A stretch of 64,000 nt of DNA, taken from the IMG/VR virus record IMGVR_UViG_3300031994_000034. The stretch is one strand, 5' to 3'. The stretch comes from a virus. Each line of letters begins with the position of its first letter. Position 1 is the first letter of the stretch. Positions 15,107 to 24,145 of this stretch are shown here, in pieces. Both the position numbers and the translations under genes were made by a program. Under the pieces are notes generated by a model. It saw nothing but the letters and a program-made list of their open reading frames with translations, had not been told where the DNA came from and searched no databases.

Positions 15107-18100
15107 GTGAACAAGAATAATTTCGACATATTAAATGGCCTGAGCCTCGTGGAGGTGATGCGAGGGTGGGGCAGGGTGCCGATGCGCGACGGTGATGCGT
15201 CGGCATCGTTCCTGTGTCCGTGGCATGATGATCATAGACCGTCGCTCATCGTTGACAAGGTGGTGCGGAAGGGTGCGACGGACCTCGGGTTTAAGTGCTT
15301 CGCTTGCCACGAGGAGGGCTTCGGGGCTGTGCAGTTAGCTGCACGGCTGATGGGTCTGCCGTCGGGTAAGGTGCCCGACGCGGACCGTGAGCGTGTGCTG
15401 ACAGAACTGGCTACGCGCTGCAACGTGGAGTTGGAGCAGGAGGAGGGCGAGAAGCAATATTACAACACACTGCGGACACAGATTATCGGTTGGGACGCCT
15501 TTCGCCAGGCCGAGGTGCAGTATGCTGAATGGGATGGCAAGGAACCGCAGTTCGAGCGCGGAGAGTGGACGGAAGAAGGACTGAAGGCACTGGGATTCAA
15601 GGTGGCGCTGACAAGCCGCAAGATGAAGAAATCGGAATACACGGAGTACTCTGGGTATTCCGAGAAGTCTGAGATTCAGCAAGGCGATATGCTGACGCAG
15701 TTCGACCCAGACACGGGCGAGGCGCTTTACTGGTGCTCGTTGGGTGCCGGGTTCTATCGCGGACCGAAGAAGGCAGAGGCACGGACTATCCGGGCCTGGG
15801 GTGCGGAAGTGGAGCGGCTGTTTGGCGTGGAGCCGGTGGCGAGGTTCATCCGTCGGAAGGAGAATGAGAAAAAGGGCGGCTACTACGTAAGCATCGTGAG
15901 AGCCACAAAGAACTATCCTATCTTCATGTTCCGCTATGCGTGGGGCGTGAAGAAGTATGAACCGAAGGACTTCTACGGCACGACGAAGTGGACGTGGTGG
16001 TGTCTCGCGGAAGATGCCGACTTGGAACACCGTTGGTATGCTGATGCCGGGCTGACGGACGCGCTGGAAGGTGCGGTGCCGGAGGTGGACGAGCGGCACC
16101 CCTACGAGAAGCAGAAGGATAAGGACGGAAAGGAAACGGGCAAAGTGAAGTTTGGGCGCGTGGTGCTCTGTAGCGGTCCGAGGGATGCGATGGCGGTGTA
16201 TAGCCATAGCAATGCCCATGTGGTGTGGCTGCACTCTGAGCAGGCGGGCTTTGACAAGAAGAACGGCAACGTGCGGCCTAACCGCTGGCTCCGGGCTTTT
16301 ATCAAGAAGTTGCTGGGCGTGACGAAGGAGGGCGGGCTTTATGTCTGCTACGACGAGGATGCCACGGGGCTGGCGGCAAGCCAGGCTATTGCACTGAATA
16401 ATCCGCAGGTGCGGTGGCTGAGACTGCCGAAGGAGCTGGGGATGATCCTTGCGGGAAAACCGCAAGGCACACTGCAGAAATCGCTGAAGGACGTGACGGA
16501 CTTTGTGACGCGCTTCGCGGAGGTGGAGGGGCTGATGCCCGCCGACGTGCAGCACGACGACCCGGTGGAGTGGTTCGACAATGCGTTGTTCGACACGCCG
16601 ACGTGCCAGTTCTGGCAGTATGAAAGTGAGCGGAAGGACAAGGACGGTTCGCCGCGCAACAGATATAAGTTCGACCTGCGCAATACACCCGTGTTTCTCC
16701 GTGCGAGGGGCATGGTGCGAAAGTATGTGGAGCAGGGCGATGACTCCTATTCGCGCTTTTTCTTGTTGGGCAACGACCATACGTTCTGTGAGTTATTCGC
16801 GGGACAGAAGGGGAGCAACAAACTCGTGGCACAGAGCCGTGACCTCATGGCGGAATGGCTCAGGGCGCACAAAGAATACAACGACGAGAAGGGTGCGCTC
16901 TCACGCGCTATTTTTTCTGCGAAGATGGAGCAGAGCGTGATGGAGAGCATCGAGACGGTGGACTTCGACGACAAGAGTTTTGGCGAGGACTTTGACCACT
17001 TCTTCTTCAAGAATGTGGCAGTAAAGGTGACAGCCGACAAGATAGAGAAGGTACCGTACAGCAGCATGAAGTGGTGGACCAGTGCCGACGCTATCCTTGA
17101 CGGTAAGTTCGAGGTGGTGCCGCAAGCGTGGCGCGTGGAGGTAAATCCATTCTACGAGCCGGAGCGCATCAAGCACGAAGAGATATTGCAGACCGCCAAG
17201 ACCAGCGAGGAACGGGCACAGGAAAATATGCGCTGGGATCAGTGGGAGGCGCTGTGGAAGTACCGTCTCGTGACAGACAAACCCATAGGCGAGATGCCTA
17301 TGCACTTCCGCTTCCTGTATAACACATGCCGCATCTTCTGGGAGAAGGAGCAGTCGCAGGAGCTGACGAAGACGGAGAAGCAGGTGCAGGATATGTACTT
17401 CATCGCCATGCTCCATGCCCTCGGCTCGGCGTTGGTAAGACACCGCTCCGCCAACCGTCAGCAGTTCATCCACATCACCGACAACGGTACACGGCGAGAG
17501 GATTTGGCATCGGGTGGCACGGGTAAGACCGCCATCTTGGAAATGCTCTCGCTCGTGCGTTGTTCCCTCGCCATCGACGGCAAGGCGCTGGAAGGCTCGA
17601 ACATCATCCTGGAACAGGAACTCGGAAAGATTGTACCGGGGCTACACAACGTGGTCTGTCTGGACGAACTGCCAGCCGGGTTCTCTCCCAAGAAGATGTA
17701 TAACATGCCGCTGGGCGTGACCTCACGCGGACTGTATCACGGCTCTGTCCGGCTCACGGGCGACGACCTGCCGAAGTTTGTGGTGGCCAGCAACGAGCAG
17801 TTGGACCTAAGCAGCGACTCTACGAGCCGTCGCATCTATCAGATCCTCGTCGGCGACTGGTATCATCCGCGCAGCATGGACGGTTCGCGTCCGGCACACA
17901 CACCTGCCGACGACTTCCGCAAGGACTACCACGTCAAAGAAGTGTCGCGCAACCTGCCCGCAACTTTGCTCAACGAGGCCAGGAACCTCCTGCTCGGCTG
18001 TGTGCAGCTCTTCTTCCAACTGCCCGACGAGACCCTGCGCCCGCCACGTGACAGCCGTGCCCTGCTGCGTCAGGCACTGGCGGCCAGCAAGGATGAGCAG

Positions 18101-18568
18101 TTCACGCTCTGGATAGCGCAGTACCTCGCTGACAAGCGGCACCTCGGTGCGCCCATCGCCCAGCGCGAACTGGCCATCTCGCTGCTCGACTACTGCGGAA
18201 TCAGCGTAGGCGAGAAGACCCTGAAGGCAGCCTACAAGCGCATCCGCGACAACCTGACCGACTACATCAAGACCAGCATCTACGTCGTGGACCCGCCCGT
18301 GGTGTTGCTGACCCCAACGGACAGAGAACGTGGATTCCGGCAGTGCGCGGCATGGCAATACCCCAAGGCCTCCGACGGCTACAGCATAGCCCTCAACGAC
18401 AAGGGCGAGCGGATGCCGCGCGAACTTCGCAACAGCACAAGGGTATATTACTTCTATGTCAAGAGTCGCATACCGAGGCACTTCTACAGCCCCGACCATG
18501 TGGGCGACAAAGACTATGTGCAGGCGGCGCCGGAGAAGGATCCGGAGGCGGGCGAGCAATCGGAATAA
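15107..18568 (+). CDS. DNA primase (CHC2 zinc finger plus Toprim) fused to a P-loop helicase/NTPase
   Basis: Motifs 'CPWHDDHRPS...CFACHEEG', Toprim-like 'VVLCSGPRDAMA...YVCYDEDATG', Walker A 'GGTGKTA' and Walker B-like 'VVCLDELP'. Start placed at the in-frame GTG 15107, because the track start at 15053 lies inside the tRNA-like element. Confidence 0.85.
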   Translation: MNKNNFDILNGLSLVEVMRGWGRVPMRDGDASASFLCPWHDDHRPSLIVDKVVRKGATDLGFKCFACHEEGFGAVQLAARLMGLPSGKVPDADRERVLTELATRCNVELEQEEGEKQYYNTLRTQIIGWDAFRQAEVQYAEWDGKEPQFERGEWTEEGLKALGFKVALTSRKMKKSEYTEYSGYSEKSEIQQGDMLTQFDPDTGEALYWCSLGAGFYRGPKKAEARTIRAWGAEVERLFGVEPVARFIRRKENEKKGGYYVSIVRATKNYPIFMFRYAWGVKKYEPKDFYGTTKWTWWCLAEDADLEHRWYADAGLTDALEGAVPEVDERHPYEKQKDKDGKETGKVKFGRVVLCSGPRDAMAVYSHSNAHVVWLHSEQAGFDKKNGNVRPNRWLRAFIKKLLGVTKEGGLYVCYDEDATGLAASQAIALNNPQVRWLRLPKELGMILAGKPQGTLQKSLKDVTDFVTRFAEVEGLMPADVQHDDPVEWFDNALFDTPTCQFWQYESERKDKDGSPRNRYKFDLRNTPVFLRARGMVRKYVEQGDDSYSRFFLLGNDHTFCELFAGQKGSNKLVAQSRDLMAEWLRAHKEYNDEKGALSRAIFSAKMEQSVMESIETVDFDDKSFGEDFDHFFFKNVAVKVTADKIEKVPYSSMKWWTSADAILDGKFEVVPQAWRVEVNPFYEPERIKHEEILQTAKTSEERAQENMRWDQWEALWKYRLVTDKPIGEMPMHFRFLYNTCRIFWEKEQSQELTKTEKQVQDMYFIAMLHALGSALVRHRSANRQQFIHITDNGTRREDLASGGTGKTAILEMLSLVRCSLAIDGKALEGSNIILEQELGKIVPGLHNVVCLDELPAGFSPKKMYNMPLGVTSRGLYHGSVRLTGDDLPKFVVASNEQLDLSSDSTSRRIYQILVGDWYHPRSMDGSRPAHTPADDFRKDYHVKEVSRNLPATLLNEARNLLLGCVQLFFQLPDETLRPPRDSRALLRQALAASKDEQFTLWIAQYLADKRHLGAPIAQRELAISLLDYCGISVGEKTLKAAYKRIRDNLTDYIKTSIYVVDPPVVLLTPTDRERGFRQCAAWQYPKASDGYSIALNDKGERMPRELRNSTRVYYFYVKSRIPRHFYSPDHVGDKDYVQAAPEKDPEAGEQSE
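15635..15679 (+). repeat. 9-bp periodic array inside the primase CDS (GAATACACG GAGTACTCT GGGTATTCC GAGAAGTCT GAGATTCAG)
   Basis: Read directly. It translates as EYTEYSGYSEKSEIQ. Confidence 0.8.
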
Positions 18569-18589
18569 TCAGAGTATTCAGAAAATGGA
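18554..18589 (+). repeat. 9-bp periodic array spanning the primase stop and the next start
   Basis: GAGCAATCG GAATAATCA GAGTATTCA GAAAATGGA, read directly. Confidence 0.75.
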
Positions 18590-18959
18590 ACAGGAGAAGC
18601 ATCAGCAGAGAGTCATTGTCATCCGCAAGTCGCGGTTGACCGGACGGGCGATATGGATATACGAAGGCCCTACACGCAGGGCGGCGCATTGGGCCTATTG
18701 GTATGCACGCCGCAAGGAGGTGCAGCGCGTGAACACCTGGTGCGACAGGGCCTTGCGCCGCAAGGCGAACATCCTGCGACTGTTGAACAAGTGCCTGGAG
18801 CACATTCCGCTGGATGCCGTGCTCACGCCGGAGCAGAATGCAGCTGCACGCACGCTCCGAAAGATAAGCGAAGAGGCGTACATGCCGGACATGGAGTTCT
18901 ATAACCAAGTCATAGCTGCACACAAAGTGCAGGCAGTTAATGATTTGAGAAGGAAATAG
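18585..18959 (+). CDS. hypothetical basic protein
   Basis: ATG (MEQEKHQQRV...) within track ORF 18456..18959, whose upstream part overlaps the primase 3' end. Confidence 0.6.
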   Translation: MEQEKHQQRVIVIRKSRLTGRAIWIYEGPTRRAAHWAYWYARRKEVQRVNTWCDRALRRKANILRLLNKCLEHIPLDAVLTPEQNAAARTLRKISEEAYMPDMEFYNQVIAAHKVQAVNDLRRK

Positions 18960-19009
18960 AGGATTTGTCTAACCAGTATTATGTTTAGTTTCTTGTCATT
19001 TAGAGTACT

Positions 19010-19342
19010 ATGAACTACCATGTAAAAGAAAAATGGGTCTCCAAACCGTGTAATTGCAGAAATGAGTTTGCGACGCCACGCGACCATCATCAGTATGGAT
19101 ATGAGACTGAACATGATTTTTCAGCTGCTCTCCATAGACTGCACAGCCGATGGTCGGGCTGGACGGGTACGGAGATCGGCAGGCGCAACGGCTTCATCCG
19201 TCTGCGCTTCGTGGGCGTCTATGGCGACGTGAGCAACGTGTGGCTCCCGGACTTCATGCTGGAGCGCGTGCCGGAGCCGATGGGCGACACGAGTGGCGAC
19301 AGCACGGAGGAGCTGCTTGACGAGATATTCAAGTTCGACTAA
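19010..19342 (+). CDS. hypothetical protein
   Basis: 110-aa ORF. Confidence 0.65.
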   Translation: MNYHVKEKWVSKPCNCRNEFATPRDHHQYGYETEHDFSAALHRLHSRWSGWTGTEIGRRNGFIRLRFVGVYGDVSNVWLPDFMLERVPEPMGDTSGDSTEELLDEIFKFD

Positions 19343-19356
19343 ATACACCAATCACC

Positions 19357-19500
19357 ATGACAAGAGAACAGTATATAGAGCGCATGGCCCGTGCGATGTA
19401 CGGCGAGCGCTGGCAGTGTGCCGAGGCACAAGAGAAGGCCTCCCGCATGGCGGACAAGGCGGCTGCGGTATATCCATTCGACACGGAGGAACAACCATGA
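19357..19500 (+). CDS. hypothetical small protein (47 aa)
   Basis: ATG ORF whose stop overlaps the infA-like start (ATGA). Confidence 0.45.
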   Translation: MTREQYIERMARAMYGERWQCAEAQEKASRMADKAAAVYPFDTEEQP

Positions 19501-19724
19501 GCAAGCAAGATTTCATCAAGACTAAGGGCAAAGTGACGGAAGCCCTCGGCGGCGACCGCTTTCGCGTGGAGTTGGAGAATGGTGCCGTCATCCTCGGCAC
19601 ACTCTCGGGCAAGATGCGGCAACGGCATATCCGCGTGATGCCAGGCGATGCGGTGGAAGTGGAAATGTCGCCCTACGACCTTACGCGGGGACGGATAGCA
19701 TACAGGTATAACAAACAACGATAG
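19497..19724 (+). CDS. infA: translation initiation factor IF-1 homolog
   Basis: The 75-aa product '[75 protein letters not shown]' is collinear with bacterial IF-1. The blocks [27 protein letters not shown] are shared. Confidence 0.9.
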   Translation: MSKQDFIKTKGKVTEALGGDRFRVELENGAVILGTLSGKMRQRHIRVMPGDAVEVEMSPYDLTRGRIAYRYNKQR

Positions 19725-19733
19725 ACATACGAT
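19624..19733 (+). repeat. 110-bp direct repeat, left copy (infA 3' end plus leader)
   Basis: Aligns gap-free with 20095..20204 with 4 mismatches. Confidence 0.9.
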
Positions 19734-19734
19734 T

Positions 19735-20094
19735 ATGGCAACAATGAATTTCTTCCTCTCTATCTGTGGAGTGATAGCCTACGTGGCGATGGCGTATCTG
19801 GCCATCACGGCCTATGTCCGCTTGCGGCATGTAGGCTCGAAACTGGACGAGCTGCAAGCCACGACGGCAAAATTGTGCGCCCTGGTGTCGGCCTTGAAGC
19901 TGCAGAGCGATTTCGACCACATCAACGACATGAAGGACACCCTTCGGCAGCTCGTAGAGGCCGAGCGGTTTGAAGATGCTGCGAAACTGCAAGCCGTCAT
20001 CGCCGAACAGGAAGAGCTTGCGCTGAAGAACATGAAGGCGCTTCAGGATTCCTACGGTGGCAAGGAACTGGTGGTGCGCATAGGACGTAAGTGA
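19735..20094 (+). CDS. membrane-anchored protein with a UVR-like motif, flanked by the 110-bp repeats
   Basis: N-terminal hydrophobic segment. '[19 protein letters not shown]' resembles the UvrB/UvrC UVR motif. Confidence 0.65.
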   Translation: MATMNFFLSICGVIAYVAMAYLAITAYVRLRHVGSKLDELQATTAKLCALVSALKLQSDFDHINDMKDTLRQLVEAERFEDAAKLQAVIAEQEELALKNMKALQDSYGGKELVVRIGRK

Positions 20095-20204
20095 GGCATA
20101 TCCGCGTGATGCCAGGCGATGCGGTAGAAGTGGAAATGTCGCTCTACGACCTTACGCGTGGACGGATAGCATACAGGTACAACAAACAACGATAGACATA
20201 CGAT
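20095..20204 (+). repeat. 110-bp direct repeat, right copy (infA 3' fragment, non-coding)
   Basis: Duplicate of the last 101 nt of infA plus 9 nt of leader. It lacks the infA start and N-terminus. Confidence 0.9.
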
Positions 20205-20508
20205 GAAGCGAGTATATATCAGCGGTGCCATAGCGCACTATGATTTGAACGAGCGCAGGGCGGCCTTCGGGCGTGCCGCAGCGTTTCTGCGCGGTCAGGG
20301 CTACGACGTGTTCAATCCGTTCGAGAACGGCCTTTCGCAGGACGAGGACTGGCGCAAGCACATGAGGGTGGACATCCGTGCTCTGGTGGACTGCGATACC
20401 ATCTATATGCTCAGGGGGTGGGAATTGTCGAAGGGTGCGAAGTTAGAGCTGGATGTAGCCAGCAGTTGCGGCATACCCGTGTGGTTCCAGAGAGAAGCGG
20501 AGGAGTAA
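20203..20508 (+). CDS. DUF4406 / nucleoside 2-deoxyribosyltransferase-like protein
   Basis: The pattern 'VYISGAI...N...F...A..L...G..VFNP...W..HM..DI..L..CD.IYML.GW..S.GA.LE...A...GIPV' matches that family. Confidence 0.7.
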   Translation: MKRVYISGAIAHYDLNERRAAFGRAAAFLRGQGYDVFNPFENGLSQDEDWRKHMRVDIRALVDCDTIYMLRGWELSKGAKLELDVASSCGIPVWFQREAEE

Positions 20509-20514
20509 ACCGTT

Positions 20515-21639
20515 ATGTCTGCGCCGAAGTCCATAAGCATTTCTCCCCTGCCGGCCCTGCCGAAGTGCTGGAGTGACCTCTCGTGGCAGCAGCTCTGCCA
20601 GTGTTGGGAGGCGAAGATGCGCTACGGCGGCAACCCCGACGTTGCTCGGGCGGCGGCGTTGTTGAAGATGGTCGGGCTGGGGCGGAGTAATCAGAAAGCT
20701 CAGATAGACCCCCTCACCGGCGAGACCAGCCACATTCTCTCCGCTGCCGACGGACGCCTCTTCACCGTCACTCCCCGCGAACTGGCATGGATGGCTCAAA
20801 AGGCACTGCCCTGGTTTGACTATCCCTACGGCGACATGGGCGAGAAGGAGGAACGCGACGAGCAGGGAAAGATTACGAAAGAAGGGCGCGAGGCAGTGAG
20901 CGGTTACGTCAGTGATTTTCGCGACGCGATGATCCTGCCGGAGACGGAGGTGGTTATCGTGGGCGACAGGCTGTTGGCCGGCAGCGAATGGGAGCGCATG
21001 AGCGATAAGGAAAGAAAACTCTTAACTCTACACTCTAAACTCTCCACTCTCCACTTCTCCCTTCCCCAGATGGCGTGCAATAACATCACATGGCAGCAGT
21101 ATCGCTCCATGCAGGCACTGGCCCCGCAACTCTTCCACGAAGGGAACAGCGAGGAGGAAGCCCTCGACCTGCAGGCGCAGTTCTTGGCCTACTGCCTTGT
21201 GCCAGCCAAGGAGGATACCGCCACCGACGACCGATTTCGTCCGCGCCGCATCTACCGTTACGAAGCGGAACGTGCCGAGCAGACCATCCCGTTCTGGCGG
21301 GAGCGGTTAACCCGGATCAGCCAGAATACTCAGAGTAATCAGGACACTCAGACCGTTCTCCCCCTCTTCCACATCTGCTTCCAGGCCTATCACACCGCCG
21401 TTCTCTACTACGAGAAGGCCTATCCTCTCCTGTTCACTGATATCGGTAAGAGCCAGGAGTTCCGCGACGCCCTGCAAGGCGAAGTCGGCACCGTCAACTC
21501 CGTAATGAAATACCAGGGCTACTCAGATCCTCAACAGGTCTATGATGCCAATCTCCCCATCATCCTCGATACGCTCAACACGATGGCAAAAGAGGCTAAG
21601 GAGATAGAGAAAATGAACGCTAAAATTAAGAAGAAATAA
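20515..21639 (+). CDS. hypothetical protein
   Basis: 374-aa ORF. It contains a short 9-bp array (21324-21350, QNTQSNQDTQ) and a CT-rich low-complexity tract. Confidence 0.75.
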   Translation: MSAPKSISISPLPALPKCWSDLSWQQLCQCWEAKMRYGGNPDVARAAALLKMVGLGRSNQKAQIDPLTGETSHILSAADGRLFTVTPRELAWMAQKALPWFDYPYGDMGEKEERDEQGKITKEGREAVSGYVSDFRDAMILPETEVVIVGDRLLAGSEWERMSDKERKLLTLHSKLSTLHFSLPQMACNNITWQQYRSMQALAPQLFHEGNSEEEALDLQAQFLAYCLVPAKEDTATDDRFRPRRIYRYEAERAEQTIPFWRERLTRISQNTQSNQDTQTVLPLFHICFQAYHTAVLYYEKAYPLLFTDIGKSQEFRDALQGEVGTVNSVMKYQGYSDPQQVYDANLPIILDTLNTMAKEAKEIEKMNAKIKKK

Positions 21640-21643
21640 AATT

Positions 21644-21844
21644 ATGGCAAGAGGTGCAATAAAAAACTCTGTACTGCTGCAGGAGGCGGCAAAAATGATT
21701 GCTGAATATCTTGAATCGGAGGTGTGCGACTTAATGGCCGACGAATACGACGGCGCTACTTATTGTCCGCCGGACTGCCCCAAAACCGTGGATGACGGAT
21801 GCGTGTTGCATCTTCTTAGGCTAAAGTGCATGAAAAAGCGATAA
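21644..21844 (+). CDS. hypothetical Cys-containing small protein
   Basis: 66-aa ORF. Confidence 0.5.
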   Translation: MARGAIKNSVLLQEAAKMIAEYLESEVCDLMADEYDGATYCPPDCPKTVDDGCVLHLLRLKCMKKR

Positions 21845-21877
21845 ACACGAAGTTATAACCAATTATAAAGCTACAAC

Positions 21878-23677
21878 ATGGAACAAATAACCCTACTTTA
21901 CATCGACCTCTTCTGTGGCGCGGGCGGCACCAGCAGCGGCGTGGAGTATGCCCGCGTGGACGGCAGAAAGTGCGCCAAGGTCATTGCCTGTGTCAACCAC
22001 GACAAGAATGCTATCCTCTCGCACCAGGCCAATCACCCGCACACGCTCCACTTCACCGAGGACATCCGCACGCTGGAACTGTCGCCGATGGTGACACACC
22101 TGCGGAAGATGAAGGCGAGATACCCAAAGGCTCGTGTGGTACTATGGGCCTCACTGGAGTGTACGAACTTCTCAAAGGCCAAGGGTGGTCAGCCCCGCGA
22201 TGCCGACAGCCGCACACTGGCAGATCACCTGTTCCGCTACATTGAGGCACTCGACGTTGACTACATCCAGATAGAGAACGTGGAGGAGTTTATGTGCTGG
22301 GGAGCGCTCGATGAGAACGGTAAACCCGTGAGCAAGGACCAGGGCAGCGACTACCTGCGGTGGGTGCGCAAGGTGCAGGAATATGGCTACGACTTCGACT
22401 GGCGCATCCTGAATGCTGCCGACTTCGGAGCATACACCTCGCGCAAACGCTACTTCGGGCAGTTTGCCCGCCGTGGGCTGCCCATTGTCTTCCCCGAACA
22501 GACCTACGCGAAGAATGGCGACGAGGGAGGTCTCTTCAAAATGTACCACAAGTGGCGTGCCGTCCGCGACGTGCTCGACCTCGACGACGACGGCGAGAGC
22601 ATCTTCACCCGCAAGAAGCCACTCTGCGAGAAGACGCTGGAACGCATCTACGCCGGCCTGGTGAAATTTGTGGCAGGAGGAAAGAAACAGTGCGAGGCGT
22701 GGATTCTGAAATACAACTCCATGAACCAGCAGAACCACCACAACGCACCCTCCCTCGATGAGCCGTGCCCCACGGTGGCGTGCCAGAACCGCCTCGGACT
22801 GGTGAAGTGTCAGTTCCTCTCGAAGCAGTTTAGCGGCGACCCTGACAGCAAGAACATCGACATCGAGCAGCCTGCCGGCACCGTGACCACCATCGACCAT
22901 CATGCACTGGTGTCATCAAGGTTCCTTACGGAGTATTTTGGTGGTGCTGACCACAACCATAGCATCGAGGAACCTGCGACCACTGTGACGACCAAGGAAC
23001 GTCACGCCTTTGTGACGGCATACTACGGGAACGGCTACAACTCGTCGATTGACAGTCCTGCACCCACCGTGACCACGAAGGACAGGATTTCTCTCGTGAG
23101 CACGAAGTTCATCGCCAACGAATACAGCGGCGGCGGTCAGCTCTCCAGCATTGAACAGCCGAACCCCGCCGTTCTCACTACGCCCAAGCAGAAAATTGTT
23201 ACCTGCAAGCCGTGGTTGATGAGCACCGACTTCAATAATGTCGGAAGTTCTGTTGATGGGCCGGCACCAGTTATAACAGCATGTCACAAATATCATTACC
23301 TGATGAATCCCTATTCATTCAAGAGCGACGGCGGCAGCATCGAGAAACCTTGCTTTACGCTGATAGCGAGGATGGATAAGATGCCGCCCTACCTCATTAC
23401 CACCAAGGAGGGCGAGGTGGGCATCGCCATCTACGAGAGCGACAGCCTCTGGACGCGAAAGGTGAAGGAGTTTATGGCTGCTTATGGCATCATCGACATT
23501 TGTATGCGTATGCTGAACATCGGCGAACTGAAACGCATCATGGGCTTCCCCACCGACTACGTTCTCGTAGGTACCCAAGCCGAGCAAAAGAAATACATCG
23601 GCAACGCCGTGGAGGTGAACATGAGCCGCGTGCTCTGCGAGGCACTGGCCCGGAAACTTGAAAGTATTAACAAATAA
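21878..23677 (+). CDS. DNA (cytosine-5) methyltransferase with an expanded, internally repeated variable region
   Basis: Motif I 'DLFCGAGG', catalytic Cys motif 'SLECTNFS', 'QIENV', 'TSRKRYF' and motif X 'IGNAVEV'. Seven tandem modules of the type S-I-E/D-x-P-x-P-T-V-T-T lie between motif VIII and the C-terminal motifs. Confidence 0.85.
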   Translation: MEQITLLYIDLFCGAGGTSSGVEYARVDGRKCAKVIACVNHDKNAILSHQANHPHTLHFTEDIRTLELSPMVTHLRKMKARYPKARVVLWASLECTNFSKAKGGQPRDADSRTLADHLFRYIEALDVDYIQIENVEEFMCWGALDENGKPVSKDQGSDYLRWVRKVQEYGYDFDWRILNAADFGAYTSRKRYFGQFARRGLPIVFPEQTYAKNGDEGGLFKMYHKWRAVRDVLDLDDDGESIFTRKKPLCEKTLERIYAGLVKFVAGGKKQCEAWILKYNSMNQQNHHNAPSLDEPCPTVACQNRLGLVKCQFLSKQFSGDPDSKNIDIEQPAGTVTTIDHHALVSSRFLTEYFGGADHNHSIEEPATTVTTKERHAFVTAYYGNGYNSSIDSPAPTVTTKDRISLVSTKFIANEYSGGGQLSSIEQPNPAVLTTPKQKIVTCKPWLMSTDFNNVGSSVDGPAPVITACHKYHYLMNPYSFKSDGGSIEKPCFTLIARMDKMPPYLITTKEGEVGIAIYESDSLWTRKVKEFMAAYGIIDICMRMLNIGELKRIMGFPTDYVLVGTQAEQKKYIGNAVEVNMSRVLCEALARKLESINK

Positions 23678-23689
23678 AAAGCTACAACA

Positions 23690-24145
23690 ATGATGAAACC
23701 AACAGAACTAATGAACGGCGACTATGTCCGCGTGAATAGACCGGGACTTTGCATCAAGGAGGGTACCGTAGTGCAAATTTTGTCAGTTGACAGCGCGGAT
23801 AGCCTCGTGAATTTCAATTTGAAGGGCTCAGCAGTGTGCAAGCCTATCAATGACGATGACTATGAGGGAGGCATCTGGCTCAATTATCTTGACCCTATCC
23901 CTCTCACCAAGGAAATTCTGAAGAAGAACGGGTGGGAGTACAACGACGAAGAAGCAAAATTCTTCCCCAAAACATGGGTCGGCGGCGGACTGATGCTCCA
24001 GGAGCGTGACGAAGGATTTATGATTGTTGTCACTTCAGACTACGACGACGAAGACACCAATGACACCCCGTTCGTTTTGCTTTACGTCCACGAATTGCAG
24101 CACGCCCTGCGGCTAAGAAGAATTGAAAAGGAGATAGAAGTATGA
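23690..24145 (+). CDS. hypothetical protein
   Basis: 151-aa ORF preceded by the AAAGCTACAACA leader, with an ATGA overlap to the next gene. Confidence 0.7.
   Translation: MMKPTELMNGDYVRVNRPGLCIKEGTVVQILSVDSADSLVNFNLKGSAVCKPINDDDYEGGIWLNYLDPIPLTKEILKKNGWEYNDEEAKFFPKTWVGGGLMLQERDEGFMIVVTSDYDDEDTNDTPFVLLYVHELQHALRLRRIEKEIEV

Noticed and set aside
20095-20204. A second infA gene.
   Set aside because: Only the last 101 nt of the coding sequence are duplicated, with no start codon or N-terminal half. It is a repeat or pseudogene fragment.
21020-21066. CT-rich tract (aactcttaactctacactctaaactctccactctccacttctccc) considered as another repeat family.
   Set aside because: The period is irregular (7-8 nt), it occurs once, and it lies inside a CDS where it encodes LTLHSKLSTLHFS. 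It is treated as local low complexity.
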